Below, piece after piece: positions 30,596 through 40,581 of a stretch of 58,192 nucleotides of DNA (the stretch's first letter is position 1; the number at the start of each line of letters is the position of its first letter). The notes beneath the pieces were generated by a model. The model did not search any database and was not told where the DNA came from. It worked only from the letters and a program-made list of their open reading frames with translations. The translations under genes were made by a program, and so were the position numbers. The stretch is from Thermoplasmatales archaeon (GTDB lineage: Archaea > Thermoplasmatota > E2 > DHVEG-1). The stretch covers positions 1 through 58,192 of the forward strand of contig JBFYMG010000057.1 in the NCBI GenBank assembly GCA_041305025.1, in the 5' to 3' direction.

Positions 30596-33520
30596 TTACT
30601 TACCACCTTCATTTAATGGATCATATGGATTGAGTGCTGGATCTCCAAATAACATATACTCCTGATATGATGTATATTTGTTCTTCATCATATATGGATC
30701 TTCCAAGGCCGCGCTCTCCATTAAATTCGAATAAGTATTTCTTATCTGAACATCTTCTGCTAAATCTCCCGTATTTACTAGCGGTGGAGACCACCATAGT
30801 TCCCAGTCTGCATCCTGCGGAATGTACTTATTTTTAGCATCCCTTAAGGCCTTTCCGAAAGTAGCATCATCGTTTGTTATTGAATCAAGCATATCTGAAT
30901 ATATAAGGAAGCCAAAGTGATCGTCCGGATAAATGCCGTTCTTGGCGTTACGTTTTGCTTTTATGTATGACGCCAAAACTGAGAGATGAGTATCGACCTG
31001 TCTTTTCTTAGGCTCAAGATAACCTCCAGCAATATTTGATCCTGTTGGAGATGCAATAAGAGTCGCTACACCTGCATGCAAGAATGATTGGCCAAGGCTA
31101 CCTTTGGGATACATTCCATCTATTTTTCCACAGATACAACTCTCAAGCCATACGAAAGATGGACCTAATTTCATGGTCTCTACTTGTCGAGTATTGTATT
31201 GACAATGGGCCGCAAGAGAGGAACCAGGTCCTGTGCTAGGAGATACAACTTCCAATACCTTTTTCATCATAAACTTTGCTATGGGGCCTCCTATACCTGA
31301 GGATATTAAGTCAATACCATCCATGGCAAGAATGGCCATATTACCATGTCCATTTAAAAACGCAAAGTTAGCATCTTCTATCATCTTCCCGCCCGTTACA
31401 GCTCCTTCTCCGACGAGTTTTCTAATCATTGGCTTGAAGAATAACAATTTATTATAAGCTGCTGATTCATATTTAATCTTATTAAGAGCTTCATCGCTAA
31501 ATCCTTGTAAACCTGCTTGCTCTTTATAGGCTTGGTATACAGTTGTAAATCCCCATGTTTCTTTTGCATCTACAACCATTTTTTCCAACATTATTTCGCC
31601 ATAACCTGTCTCTAGTTTCATTGGCTCACCAGCATGGCCTGCGCCAAGTAACTTAGCTATTGGATACTTAATTGGAGGTTGCTGGAAATCTTGACCTTCA
31701 CCAACTAATACTGTAAAGGTGTCTTTCCAATCACCTAACTTCTCAATGATATCAGAGTAAAAGATGTTCCTAGCAATTAAAGCGCTGGCGTCTTGAGCAT
31801 CCCAGCCAGTTATACGCCCTACAATATTTTCTTGATATGGATACTTTGTAAAAACATCGTTTGCGAGGTTAGACCAATCATAGAGCGTTGGATCAATATT
31901 ACCATAAACTACATCGCTGGGGGTACCAACGCCCCAACCATACTGTCCATTCCAGTAATCAACGGGTTCAAGATAATTCTGATAAATAAAGTTAGGCAGA
32001 ACTGTGCCATCACCTACTAGTGCAATATAAACGGGAAATGCATCATAATGATCACGTAAAGTTTTGATATCTCTATCATCTACAAGTTCAATATCTGCAA
32101 TTTTGGCTAATACATCATTTAATGGTTTGTGAATTACATCAAAAAAATGCGTGTTTGCTTTATCTGTTATCCTAGGATTCCTTCGAGGCATATAGAAACC
32201 TGGACTGGTAGTTCCTTCATCGGTTAATACATCATCATCAGCAGTGAAAGCAAACTCAGGTTTAGCAAATACAATTCCATGATGATAAGCTGTTAAATAT
32301 GGTGCTAACGATGAAAGACCCTTCATCATTGGATAAACTGGATTTTCAAGTTTTTCCACAACAACATTTGCCGTAACTCTGCCTTGCTTCAAAGTTAGCC
32401 ATTGCCCTTTGCATCTAACTGTGTACTCTACGCCTCCACGACCATACAACACTGTTTCACCATATATCATATCTGTGATTAAATTGCCATTTGCATCTCT
32501 TTCTGCTATGCCGCCTGTTGCAGTTGAGCCTGAAAAGCCTTCATTAGTTTGAAGAGGTGAAGGTATATCAGGAAGATTTGCACCAACAGTGAAAGTTACA
32601 GAATCGCCGAGTTCATCTACATTCTCACAATCAAGATTTATTCCTTCAAATTTTATGAGAGCATATTTGTAATCATTCGGTATTTTAAAAGTGCCTAAAG
32701 TATATGCTCCTCCCTTAAGTAGAGCCTGGCCGATTCTTGTGCTAGAACCAGACGGGATCGTCATTGGTCCAAAAGAAAATGAAACAGCATCTAAAACCTT
32801 TGGTGGCCACGCATCTCTTGGATTTGCAAGAGTAATATAATCGATGTCACCAAATTTCTCTTGGACTAATTCAATGGATGCATCAACAATTTCATCAACA
32901 TCATCAAATTTTATGTAATCTCCATAACCATCTACATCACCGCAAACAAGCGAGTATTTAACACCTAGATCTTGGAGAACTTTATTTACATCTTGGTCGA
33001 GTTCATCAGTAACTATGATGGGCATGGTAAGATACGAAGCCAATGGAGCAGCTACAACACCCAGATCATAACCAGTTTCATTATTCTCTATTATGAGAAC
33101 TCCATCGCTGTGATCCCAATATTCCTTTGCAATTTGAAGAGAACATTCCTTTGCGGAAGTACCTTCTTTCGCGGGAATTTGTATTTTACCTGATTGCATA
33201 TCTAACTGATCATATAATTTAGTAACAGCTGATGATGGATCATCTAAATTTACTACTAAAAAAGGTTTTGTATGCTGTACGCCCTCGGTGTCATAGTGGA
33301 CAGCCAATGGTGTCGCAATAAGAGCATAAAATGGACTACAATCCAAAACGGATATTGCATCTGGCGCATTAGAAGATAAAACGCCGGAAACACTGAATAC
33401 TTCTTCTAGATTTGCCTCTACTTTTTTTGTTTCTTGAGGAGCCCAGTAATAGACTCCAATTGAAGCCATTACTAATATTAATACTCCAAATAAAACTATT
33501 AACTTATCATTCTTTTTCAT
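30596..33520 (-). CDS. Large membrane-anchored C25-like cysteine peptidase relative (974 aa)
   Basis: N-terminal TM, IALVGD, VGRITG, FLNGHG, WLESCICG and LFGDPAL echo the C25 catalytic layout. Confidence 0.65.
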   Translation of the reverse strand: MKKNDKLIVLFGVLILVMASIGVYYWAPQETKKVEANLEEVFSVSGVLSSNAPDAISVLDCSPFYALIATPLAVHYDTEGVQHTKPFLVVNLDDPSSAVTKLYDQLDMQSGKIQIPAKEGTSAKECSLQIAKEYWDHSDGVLIIENNETGYDLGVVAAPLASYLTMPIIVTDELDQDVNKVLQDLGVKYSLVCGDVDGYGDYIKFDDVDEIVDASIELVQEKFGDIDYITLANPRDAWPPKVLDAVSFSFGPMTIPSGSSTRIGQALLKGGAYTLGTFKIPNDYKYALIKFEGINLDCENVDELGDSVTFTVGANLPDIPSPLQTNEGFSGSTATGGIAERDANGNLITDMIYGETVLYGRGGVEYTVRCKGQWLTLKQGRVTANVVVEKLENPVYPMMKGLSSLAPYLTAYHHGIVFAKPEFAFTADDDVLTDEGTTSPGFYMPRRNPRITDKANTHFFDVIHKPLNDVLAKIADIELVDDRDIKTLRDHYDAFPVYIALVGDGTVLPNFIYQNYLEPVDYWNGQYGWGVGTPSDVVYGNIDPTLYDWSNLANDVFTKYPYQENIVGRITGWDAQDASALIARNIFYSDIIEKLGDWKDTFTVLVGEGQDFQQPPIKYPIAKLLGAGHAGEPMKLETGYGEIMLEKMVVDAKETWGFTTVYQAYKEQAGLQGFSDEALNKIKYESAAYNKLLFFKPMIRKLVGEGAVTGGKMIEDANFAFLNGHGNMAILAMDGIDLISSGIGGPIAKFMMKKVLEVVSPSTGPGSSLAAHCQYNTRQVETMKLGPSFVWLESCICGKIDGMYPKGSLGQSFLHAGVATLIASPTGSNIAGGYLEPKKRQVDTHLSVLASYIKAKRNAKNGIYPDDHFGFLIYSDMLDSITNDDATFGKALRDAKNKYIPQDADWELWWSPPLVNTGDLAEDVQIRNTYSNLMESAALEDPYMMKNKYTSYQEYMLFGDPALNPYDPLNEGGK

Positions 33521-33752
33521 TTTTTATCCCCCAAATCATATAATTCTATAATAACTGAGTATATTTACATCTTTCTATATAATATTTTCCATTATATTTA
33601 TTTGTTTTATACTATATATATTTATCTGCTCATTTAGATAAATATGCCAATTTAATTGCGCACCTGCCACATGGTTCAAGTTTTCTTTACACAACATGCA
33701 ATACCTTTAATAAGCAAATATCTTATTACCAAAAAATCCGGAGTGTTATATT

Positions 33753-34124
33753 ATGACTGAGGAAGACTTATCTCCACAATTACGAGATCAAATAAACAGA
33801 TTACAACAACTGAGAGCACAGCTTCAAATGATAATGCAACAGCGTCAACAAGTTGAAATAAGAATGCGAGAAGTTGACGAAGCATTGGAAGAACTAGATA
33901 AAACAGAAGACAAAACACCCGTCTACAAGAGCATAGGCGCAATACTTATAAAAACGAAAGGAAAGGGCGAAGTTACAAAAGAATTGAAATCTGATAAAGA
34001 ATCGTTGGATTTAAGAAAGGCCACTCTCGACAAACAAGAGGGAAGAGTTAAAGAAAAACTAAATGAGATGCAGAGTAAAGTTCAGAATGCTCTTAACATG
34101 CCGGGCGGCGAAAAGGAAAATTGA
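33753..34124 (+). CDS. pfdB: Prefoldin beta subunit
   Basis: Coiled-coil arms around VYKSIGAILIK, 123 aa. Confidence 0.93.
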   Translation: MTEEDLSPQLRDQINRLQQLRAQLQMIMQQRQQVEIRMREVDEALEELDKTEDKTPVYKSIGAILIKTKGKGEVTKELKSDKESLDLRKATLDKQEGRVKEKLNEMQSKVQNALNMPGGEKEN

Positions 34125-34142
34125 TCTTGTTCCAATCTAAAC

Positions 34143-34487
34143 GTGGACATCATGGCGATATTAAAAGAAAAATATCATTCTGCTTATGATGATTTCAGAA
34201 CAGGATTTTTCTGTAAGCTTTCTTTGTTTTTAGGATTTGCCCTATTGATTGTTTATATTTTTTTAAGAGTTAGTTCTTTACTTATAAATCAAAATGATAC
34301 TAGTTTTCTTCGATTGATTTATGATGTATCTAAGTCAGGTTATGTCGACTCTTTAATGGCCTTTTCCATCTTGCTCATTGGAGTTGGATTTATTTTGTAT
34401 TTTTTACATTGTCAATTTGCAAAACTGGGCAAAGTAGCAGATGAAATTGAGAGCGAGATAAAAAACGAAGAACTCGATCAAAACTAA
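34143..34487 (+). CDS. Small two-TM membrane protein, function unknown
   Basis: Two hydrophobic helices; fills the gap between pfdB and uppS. Confidence 0.7.
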   Translation: MDIMAILKEKYHSAYDDFRTGFFCKLSLFLGFALLIVYIFLRVSSLLINQNDTSFLRLIYDVSKSGYVDSLMAFSILLIGVGFILYFLHCQFAKLGKVADEIESEIKNEELDQN

Positions 34488-34491
34488 GTTT

Positions 34492-35280
34492 TTATTTCCC
34501 AAATCTTCTCTGTCTTTGTTGATATGTTTGTATTGCCTTTAAAAAATCTCTTTTTTGTAATGCTGGCCAATACACATCTGAAAAGTATAATTCAGAGTAT
34601 GCCAATTGCCATAACAAGAAGTTCGATATTCTTTCTTCCCCGGAAGTTCTGAGTATCAGATCTGGATCAGGCAATCCATTTGTATATAGATTTGAGGAGA
34701 CAGTTGGTTCTTTTATGTCCTCTATTTTTAGGTTGCCTTTTTTGACTTCTTTTGCTATATTTTGTATCGCACGTATTATTTCTTCTCGGCCACCATATGC
34801 AAGCGCTATGTTGAGTGAGTGGTTGTCGTAATTTTTTGTTTTATCCATGATATATTTGGCAGAGTCTCTTATGTCCTTTGGGAGGGAATCTAGGTGCCCA
34901 AGTACCCTTACTTTTACTTTGTTTTTGTGTATGCGGGAGTCTTTTGCAGCCTTGTCCAATTCTTCTTTGCATAGGTTCATGAGTGTTTCTACTTCCTCGT
35001 TGCTTCTTTCAAAGTTCTCTGTGGAAAAAGCATAAAGTGTTAGATTTTTTATTCCGAGTTCAAAACACCATTCCAGCACTTCCCTTATTTTATCCCTTCC
35101 AAAAAGATGGCCTGCACTAGGACTTAGACCTAAATTTGTTGCAAAACGTCGGTTTCCATCCATTATTATTGCAACGTGTTGTGGTCGAGGGTACTTCTTT
35201 ACTTCATCATATAGTTTGTAGTCCCGAAACTCATTCACCTTTTTAGAGACATGGCCGTAGAAATCTGAGTTGAATACCAT
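34492..35280 (-). CDS. uppS: cis-prenyltransferase (polyprenyl diphosphate synthase); may extend upstream
   Basis: PQHVAIIMDGNRR, YAFSTENFER, YGGREEI, DPDLILRTSGEERISNFLLWQ. Confidence 0.95.
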   Translation of the reverse strand: MVFNSDFYGHVSKKVNEFRDYKLYDEVKKYPRPQHVAIIMDGNRRFATNLGLSPSAGHLFGRDKIREVLEWCFELGIKNLTLYAFSTENFERSNEEVETLMNLCKEELDKAAKDSRIHKNKVKVRVLGHLDSLPKDIRDSAKYIMDKTKNYDNHSLNIALAYGGREEIIRAIQNIAKEVKKGNLKIEDIKEPTVSSNLYTNGLPDPDLILRTSGEERISNFLLWQLAYSELYFSDVYWPALQKRDFLKAIQTYQQRQRRFGK

Positions 35281-35523
35281 TGCAGCTAGTTTTCTTGCAA
35301 CGCTACTGCGTATTGCATATTCTTCAAACTCATTGAGTTTTTTCCCCGCAAGTGCTTTTAATGGTGATTTTTTAGTAGTTATGTACCTCGCCCCATTTTT
35401 GCCGTTATATGTTTTTTATGCTTTATATATGTTAAGATTCGTAATTTTTATTGTTTTAAACTCGATAGATATCCTTTTATAACAAAAAGATATTGCACCT
35501 TTTCACGATTTAAAGGTGATAGC

Positions 35524-35730
35524 CTGGGAAACATAAGACAAACATTCATAAAAAACATTGCAATTCAACTGATAAAGTCGTATCCAGAGCAATTTGTTGC
35601 CAATGATTTTCAGCACAATAAAGAAAAGGTTGATGAATTAACCGACGTTAGCACTAAATTGATGAGAAATCGCATAGCTGGATACGTAACTAGGCACCTC
35701 TCATCCCAGAGGAAAGGAAAAGCATCTTAA
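35524..35730 (+). CDS. rps17e: 30S ribosomal protein S17e with a CTG start codon
   Basis: Not in the ORF track. (M)GNIRQTFIKNIAIQLIKSYPEQF..DFQHNK..V...STKLMRNRIAGYVTR; SD aaggtga 5 nt before CTG. Confidence 0.93.
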   Translation: MGNIRQTFIKNIAIQLIKSYPEQFVANDFQHNKEKVDELTDVSTKLMRNRIAGYVTRHLSSQRKGKAS

Positions 35731-35782
35731 CCCATTTTTAGGTAACAACCCAATATTTATTTTATGAGAGGCAAATTTCTGT

Positions 35783-36480
35783 ATGGGTGAATCCATAGAA
35801 AAAATAGATAGCGCTCTGCTTGATCTGCGCAATGGTAAATTCATTTTAGTTTACGACAATGAGAGCCGGGAAGGGGAAACGGACATAGTTATTGCTTCAG
35901 AATTCGCCGCTCCAGAGTCCGTAAGAACTATGAGAAAGGATGGAGGCGGACTTATTTTCCTTATGATCTCCAGTGAGATTGCAAATAAGCTAAAACTTCC
36001 GTTTCTGGCAGATTTGTTCTCAGACATAGATGCTAGATATCCTGTTTTAAAAGAACTAATTCCAAATGATATTCCATACGATACAAAATCTTCGTTTTCG
36101 CTCTACATTAATCATAGGGATACATTCACGGGCATAACTGACATAGATAGAAGTTTAACGATGAGAAAGTTTGCCGAACTTACAAAAAAAATAGATGCAA
36201 TTGATGATGGACTTGCAACCAAAATGTTTGGAAAAGAGTTTAGATCTCCGGGCCACATTCCCATATGTATAGCTGCAAAGAAACTTTTGTCAGAGCGATC
36301 TGGACACACAGAGTTGATTGTTTCTCTTTTGAAAATGGGTGGCCTTACTCCAATTGGAAGCGGCTGTGAGATGATGGGTGATGACGGCAAAGCTTTGTCA
36401 AAAAGTAAGGCCAAACAATACGCAAATGACAATGGACTAGTTTTTTTAGAGGGAAAAGATATAGTGAGGGCGTGGAAACA

Positions 36481-36493
<13 letters not shown>
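35783..36493 (+). CDS. ribB: 3,4-dihydroxy-2-butanone-4-phosphate synthase
   Basis: DNESREGETD, HRDTFTGITD.DR, FRSPGH, RSGHTE. Confidence 0.95.
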
Positions 36494-37403
<910 letters not shown>

Positions 37404-37416
37404 GGGAGGCAAAAGA

Positions 37417-37839
37417 ATGGAAAAAGAAGGAAAAGTTAGATTGGGTGCTGTTGTTTCTGAGTTCAACTACGAAATAACAATGATGATGCTCGAGCGAGCA
37501 AAGGAGCATGCACAGTTTCTTGGAGCAGAAATAACCCAGATTGTAAAAGTACCCGGTGTATTTGATATGGGTCTACCCATAAAGATGATGCTCAAGCGAA
37601 AGGACATCGACGGTGTTGTGGCCCTTGGAGCAGTAATTGAAGGCGAAACAGAGCACGACGACATAGTAATACAGCATGCGGCAAGAAAGATAGCAGATCT
37701 ATCAATAGAGTACGATAAACCCGTTGGCCTTGGTATTACTGGTCCGGGTATGTCAAGACTACAAGCCCAAGATCGAATCGATCGGGCAAAAGCAGCAGTG
37801 GAAGCTGTAGTAAAACTACATAGAAGATTAAATCTTTAA
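37417..37839 (+). CDS. ribH: 6,7-dimethyl-8-ribityllumazine synthase
   Basis: VVSEFNYEIT, VPGVFD, LGAVIEGETEHD, PVGLGITGPG. Confidence 0.95.
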   Translation: MEKEGKVRLGAVVSEFNYEITMMMLERAKEHAQFLGAEITQIVKVPGVFDMGLPIKMMLKRKDIDGVVALGAVIEGETEHDDIVIQHAARKIADLSIEYDKPVGLGITGPGMSRLQAQDRIDRAKAAVEAVVKLHRRLNL

Positions 37840-37852
37840 AAAATGAGTTTTA

Positions 37853-38392
37853 CTACTTCTTTATTTTTTTATCTTTATCCAGCATTTTGAAAACAGATGG
37901 TAAGTGAATATTATAGGATCCGTCTTTCTGTATGATAATTGGTTCTTCTTCAAGTAGACCTTTAAGATTGATATTGTATCTTCCAGATTGTTCTACATCT
38001 ATTGTCCCGGGACTGTCTGATTCTTCAGATTCTAATTTTTCTAAGAGCTCTTTACGTTTTTCGTCTGCTGTAGCATCTGTTTCTTTCTTCTTAATGGTTG
38101 TTTTTTCTTTTTCAGATAGATGAAGGTCAATTGCTTTGCGAATATCCTTTGCTTTTATAGTTACCCATTTGTCGGATTTACTGACAATTTTCCCGTTTTC
38201 CGCTCCAATTACTTCTATTATTGTAGAGTTTAAGTCTTTAACTACTTCGTTGGCTATGATATTTCTTTCCTCTTCAGTTAATGGTTTTTTGGTGAAAAAA
38301 AATCTATTTCCTCCACAATCTGAGCAGCCTTTCAAAAGCTCAGGGGATCCTTTATCAAATGTTTGTCCGCATTTAAGACACTGATGAGGCAT
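37853..38392 (-). CDS. oapC: OapC/ArvC-family Zn-ribbon protein (DUF2072)
   Basis: MPHQCLKCG..F..GS..LLKGCSDCGGNRFFF, and C-terminal G.Y.INL..LL..EP.II..DGSY.I.L. Confidence 0.88.
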   Translation of the reverse strand: MPHQCLKCGQTFDKGSPELLKGCSDCGGNRFFFTKKPLTEEERNIIANEVVKDLNSTIIEVIGAENGKIVSKSDKWVTIKAKDIRKAIDLHLSEKEKTTIKKKETDATADEKRKELLEKLESEESDSPGTIDVEQSGRYNINLKGLLEEEPIIIQKDGSYNIHLPSVFKMLDKDKKIKK

Positions 38393-38769
38393 TATTTTGC
38401 TCCTTTACCGGCTATTATCATGGTTTGAATTATGTGACTATCTTTGCTTATTGTTTTTAACAGGTCAGCAGGACCAATCACGGTCATGCGAGGTTTTTTC
38501 ATAATACCTAAAAATTTCTGAATAAACGAGGGTTTGTCTTCTCCATATCCATCCATCTCAATGCCGATAAAGGTGTCTTGTTCGATTTCTTTCATTGTTT
38601 GTTCTATAAGTGTTGCTTGCTCAATTGAAGTAAGGCCCTGTTCCAATATCAGTATTTTTCCATTTCGAACCTCATCAAGTATGAATCTTAGCCGCTCAGG
38701 AGATGAAAGCTGTTCTAGTTTTTGACGGGATACAAGGTTAACTGCGATTCCGCTGTCTCTTTTAATCAT
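38392..38769 (-). CDS. oapB: OapB/ArvB-family protein (DUF2073)
   Basis: ILDEVRNG.ILILE.GL...EQ..LIE.TM.EI..D.FIGIE, RMTVIGPA; gene order with oapA and oapC. Confidence 0.88.
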   Translation of the reverse strand: MIKRDSGIAVNLVSRQKLEQLSSPERLRFILDEVRNGKILILEQGLTSIEQATLIEQTMKEIEQDTFIGIEMDGYGEDKPSFIQKFLGIMKKPRMTVIGPADLLKTISKDSHIIQTMIIAGKGAK

Positions 38770-38774
38770 CTGAA

Positions 38775-39428
38775 CTACCTCCTCTTTTTCCTTCTTTTAC
38801 TGAAATGAGTTACCATTGTACTGTACAAGTTTTCTGCGTTATAACCGGTTAGTGCACTGATTGGCACAACAGGATGTTGAGGAAAAGCGGATTTAAGCGT
38901 AGCTGGGCTTGCGTCCTCTGCATCTATCTTGTTTGCAGCTATTAAAACAGGCAGATTGCGTGCCTCAAGATTTCCAAGAATGGTTACGTTTACCTGTGTG
39001 AATGGATCCTGTGTTGCATCCATCACAAGAACGACGCCGTCAATATCTTCAAGCCATCTTATGGACTCTATAACACCCTCGGTGGCCTCTTTTGCCCTTT
39101 GCTTTGCTTCGTCCTTGTTCAAACCAAATGTGTTCATGAATTCCTTATAATCAACTTTAGTAGCAATACCGGGAGTATCAACAATATCCATCATAAGAGA
39201 CGAGTGCCCGTTTTCCACTTTCACATTTCTTTTCCATTTGGCTCGTCGTGTTTCATGAGGAATTTCTGAGACACTTCCCATGATATCTCCAGTCCAATCA
39301 CGCAAGATACGATTCGCAAGCGTGGTCTTTCCAACATTTGGTGGACCGTAAATACCTATCCTTGCATGTTTTTTACCAAAAATCCTCTGTATAATGGACG
39401 CAAAACTGCCTTTGCCAAACAATCCCAT
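38775..39428 (-). CDS. oapA: Era-like GTP-binding protein OapA/ArvA
   Basis: GPPNVGKTT, PHETR, DTPG, ANKID, ISAL. Confidence 0.9.
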   Translation of the reverse strand: MGLFGKGSFASIIQRIFGKKHARIGIYGPPNVGKTTLANRILRDWTGDIMGSVSEIPHETRRAKWKRNVKVENGHSSLMMDIVDTPGIATKVDYKEFMNTFGLNKDEAKQRAKEATEGVIESIRWLEDIDGVVLVMDATQDPFTQVNVTILGNLEARNLPVLIAANKIDAEDASPATLKSAFPQHPVVPISALTGYNAENLYSTMVTHFSKRRKKRR

Positions 39429-39651
39429 CCCTTTCTTCCCTCCTAGTAATTAGGTTTTTTAATTGAGAATAGTATAACTTTAGTAGTTTATTAGTTTAAT
39501 GGTAATATTTTAGTTCAAGAAAAATAATGGCAATTTGAGGATTATAAAATAGAAAATAAATCTAAATTTGATAAATAAAATGGCAATCCTTAAATATCAA
39601 CTAATTCATTCTTGTACCTTGAATTCATTTAATTTGGGAGGCATAATAATT

Positions 39652-40566
39652 ATGGTAAGAGAGGATATGAAAAGCGGAGAAACTGAGCATATAAGTTCCA
39701 TTAAAGAAAGATTACGCCATGTAGCAGATGAAATTGATACCATTAAAGATTCTTTTTCTAAAAACACACAAGACTTGGCAAGAATCCAGAGTATGCTTGA
39801 CATAGGAAATCTGGAAGAAATCAGTGGTGTAATCGAAAATTTTGAAAGTCGTATTTCAGAGGTGGAACGCAAGAGGGAAGAAGCAGTTGAGGGAGCAAGA
39901 AGATACAGCGAAGAGCTTGAAAAAGAAAAAGAGCGACTCATCAAACTATGGGACGCCTATAAGAACCAAGAAGAAGAGCTTTCAAACACCGAGAAGAGAA
40001 TTTCCGAGTTTGAAAATAAAGTAAGAGAAACTGAAGCTTCAAAAAGAGAGTTAGAAAGTGATCTTACATCTCGGATAAACACACTTACCATGAAACTTGA
40101 GGAAAACGAGAACAATGCAAGAAAGTTTGACGAGTACAAATATAAATGCGAAGAATTCGACAGCGTACGTGATCAATTAGAAAAAGAGATTTGCAGCTTA
40201 AAAAATGAACTGGACACAAAAGATGATACGGTGATGTCTCTACAGAAGCAGGTTGATGAGTTGGAAGGATACAAAGAGTACGCAGGGTACAAAGGCAAAC
40301 TGGAGGATGTATCTGTACAGTATGAGAAAGAAAAAGAGAGACTCACAAAGTTGTATCACCTCTACGAAGAGACCGAAGCTGAGTGCAAAACTCTAAAGCA
40401 AGAGGTTAAAAACTGGGAGAACTGGTTTGACTCCAACAGAGAAATATTTGACCGCCTGTTTTCAATGAGCCCACCTGGTGCCGCAAAGGAAATATCTACG
40501 GTTCCTCCAATGGCAGATGAAATGCCGGAGACAAAAACAAAAAGGAAATTACGATTTAGAAGATAA
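39652..40566 (+). CDS. Long coiled-coil protein of unknown function
   Basis: E/K-rich heptads with an internal repeat (ELEKEKERLIKLWDAY / QYEKEKERLTKLYHLY). ATG at 39652 follows gggagg, so it is preferred over the track start at 39568. Confidence 0.85.
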   Translation: MVREDMKSGETEHISSIKERLRHVADEIDTIKDSFSKNTQDLARIQSMLDIGNLEEISGVIENFESRISEVERKREEAVEGARRYSEELEKEKERLIKLWDAYKNQEEELSNTEKRISEFENKVRETEASKRELESDLTSRINTLTMKLEENENNARKFDEYKYKCEEFDSVRDQLEKEICSLKNELDTKDDTVMSLQKQVDELEGYKEYAGYKGKLEDVSVQYEKEKERLTKLYHLYEETEAECKTLKQEVKNWENWFDSNREIFDRLFSMSPPGAAKEISTVPPMADEMPETKTKRKLRFRR

Positions 40567-40581
40567 ATAAATTTCCTTTTT

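Noticed and set aside
39429-39651. Replication origin beside oapA, as in haloarchaea
   Set aside because: AT-rich with a short aatggcaat direct repeat, but no ORB/G-string motifs and no cdc6/orc1 in the window; a divergent promoter explains it.
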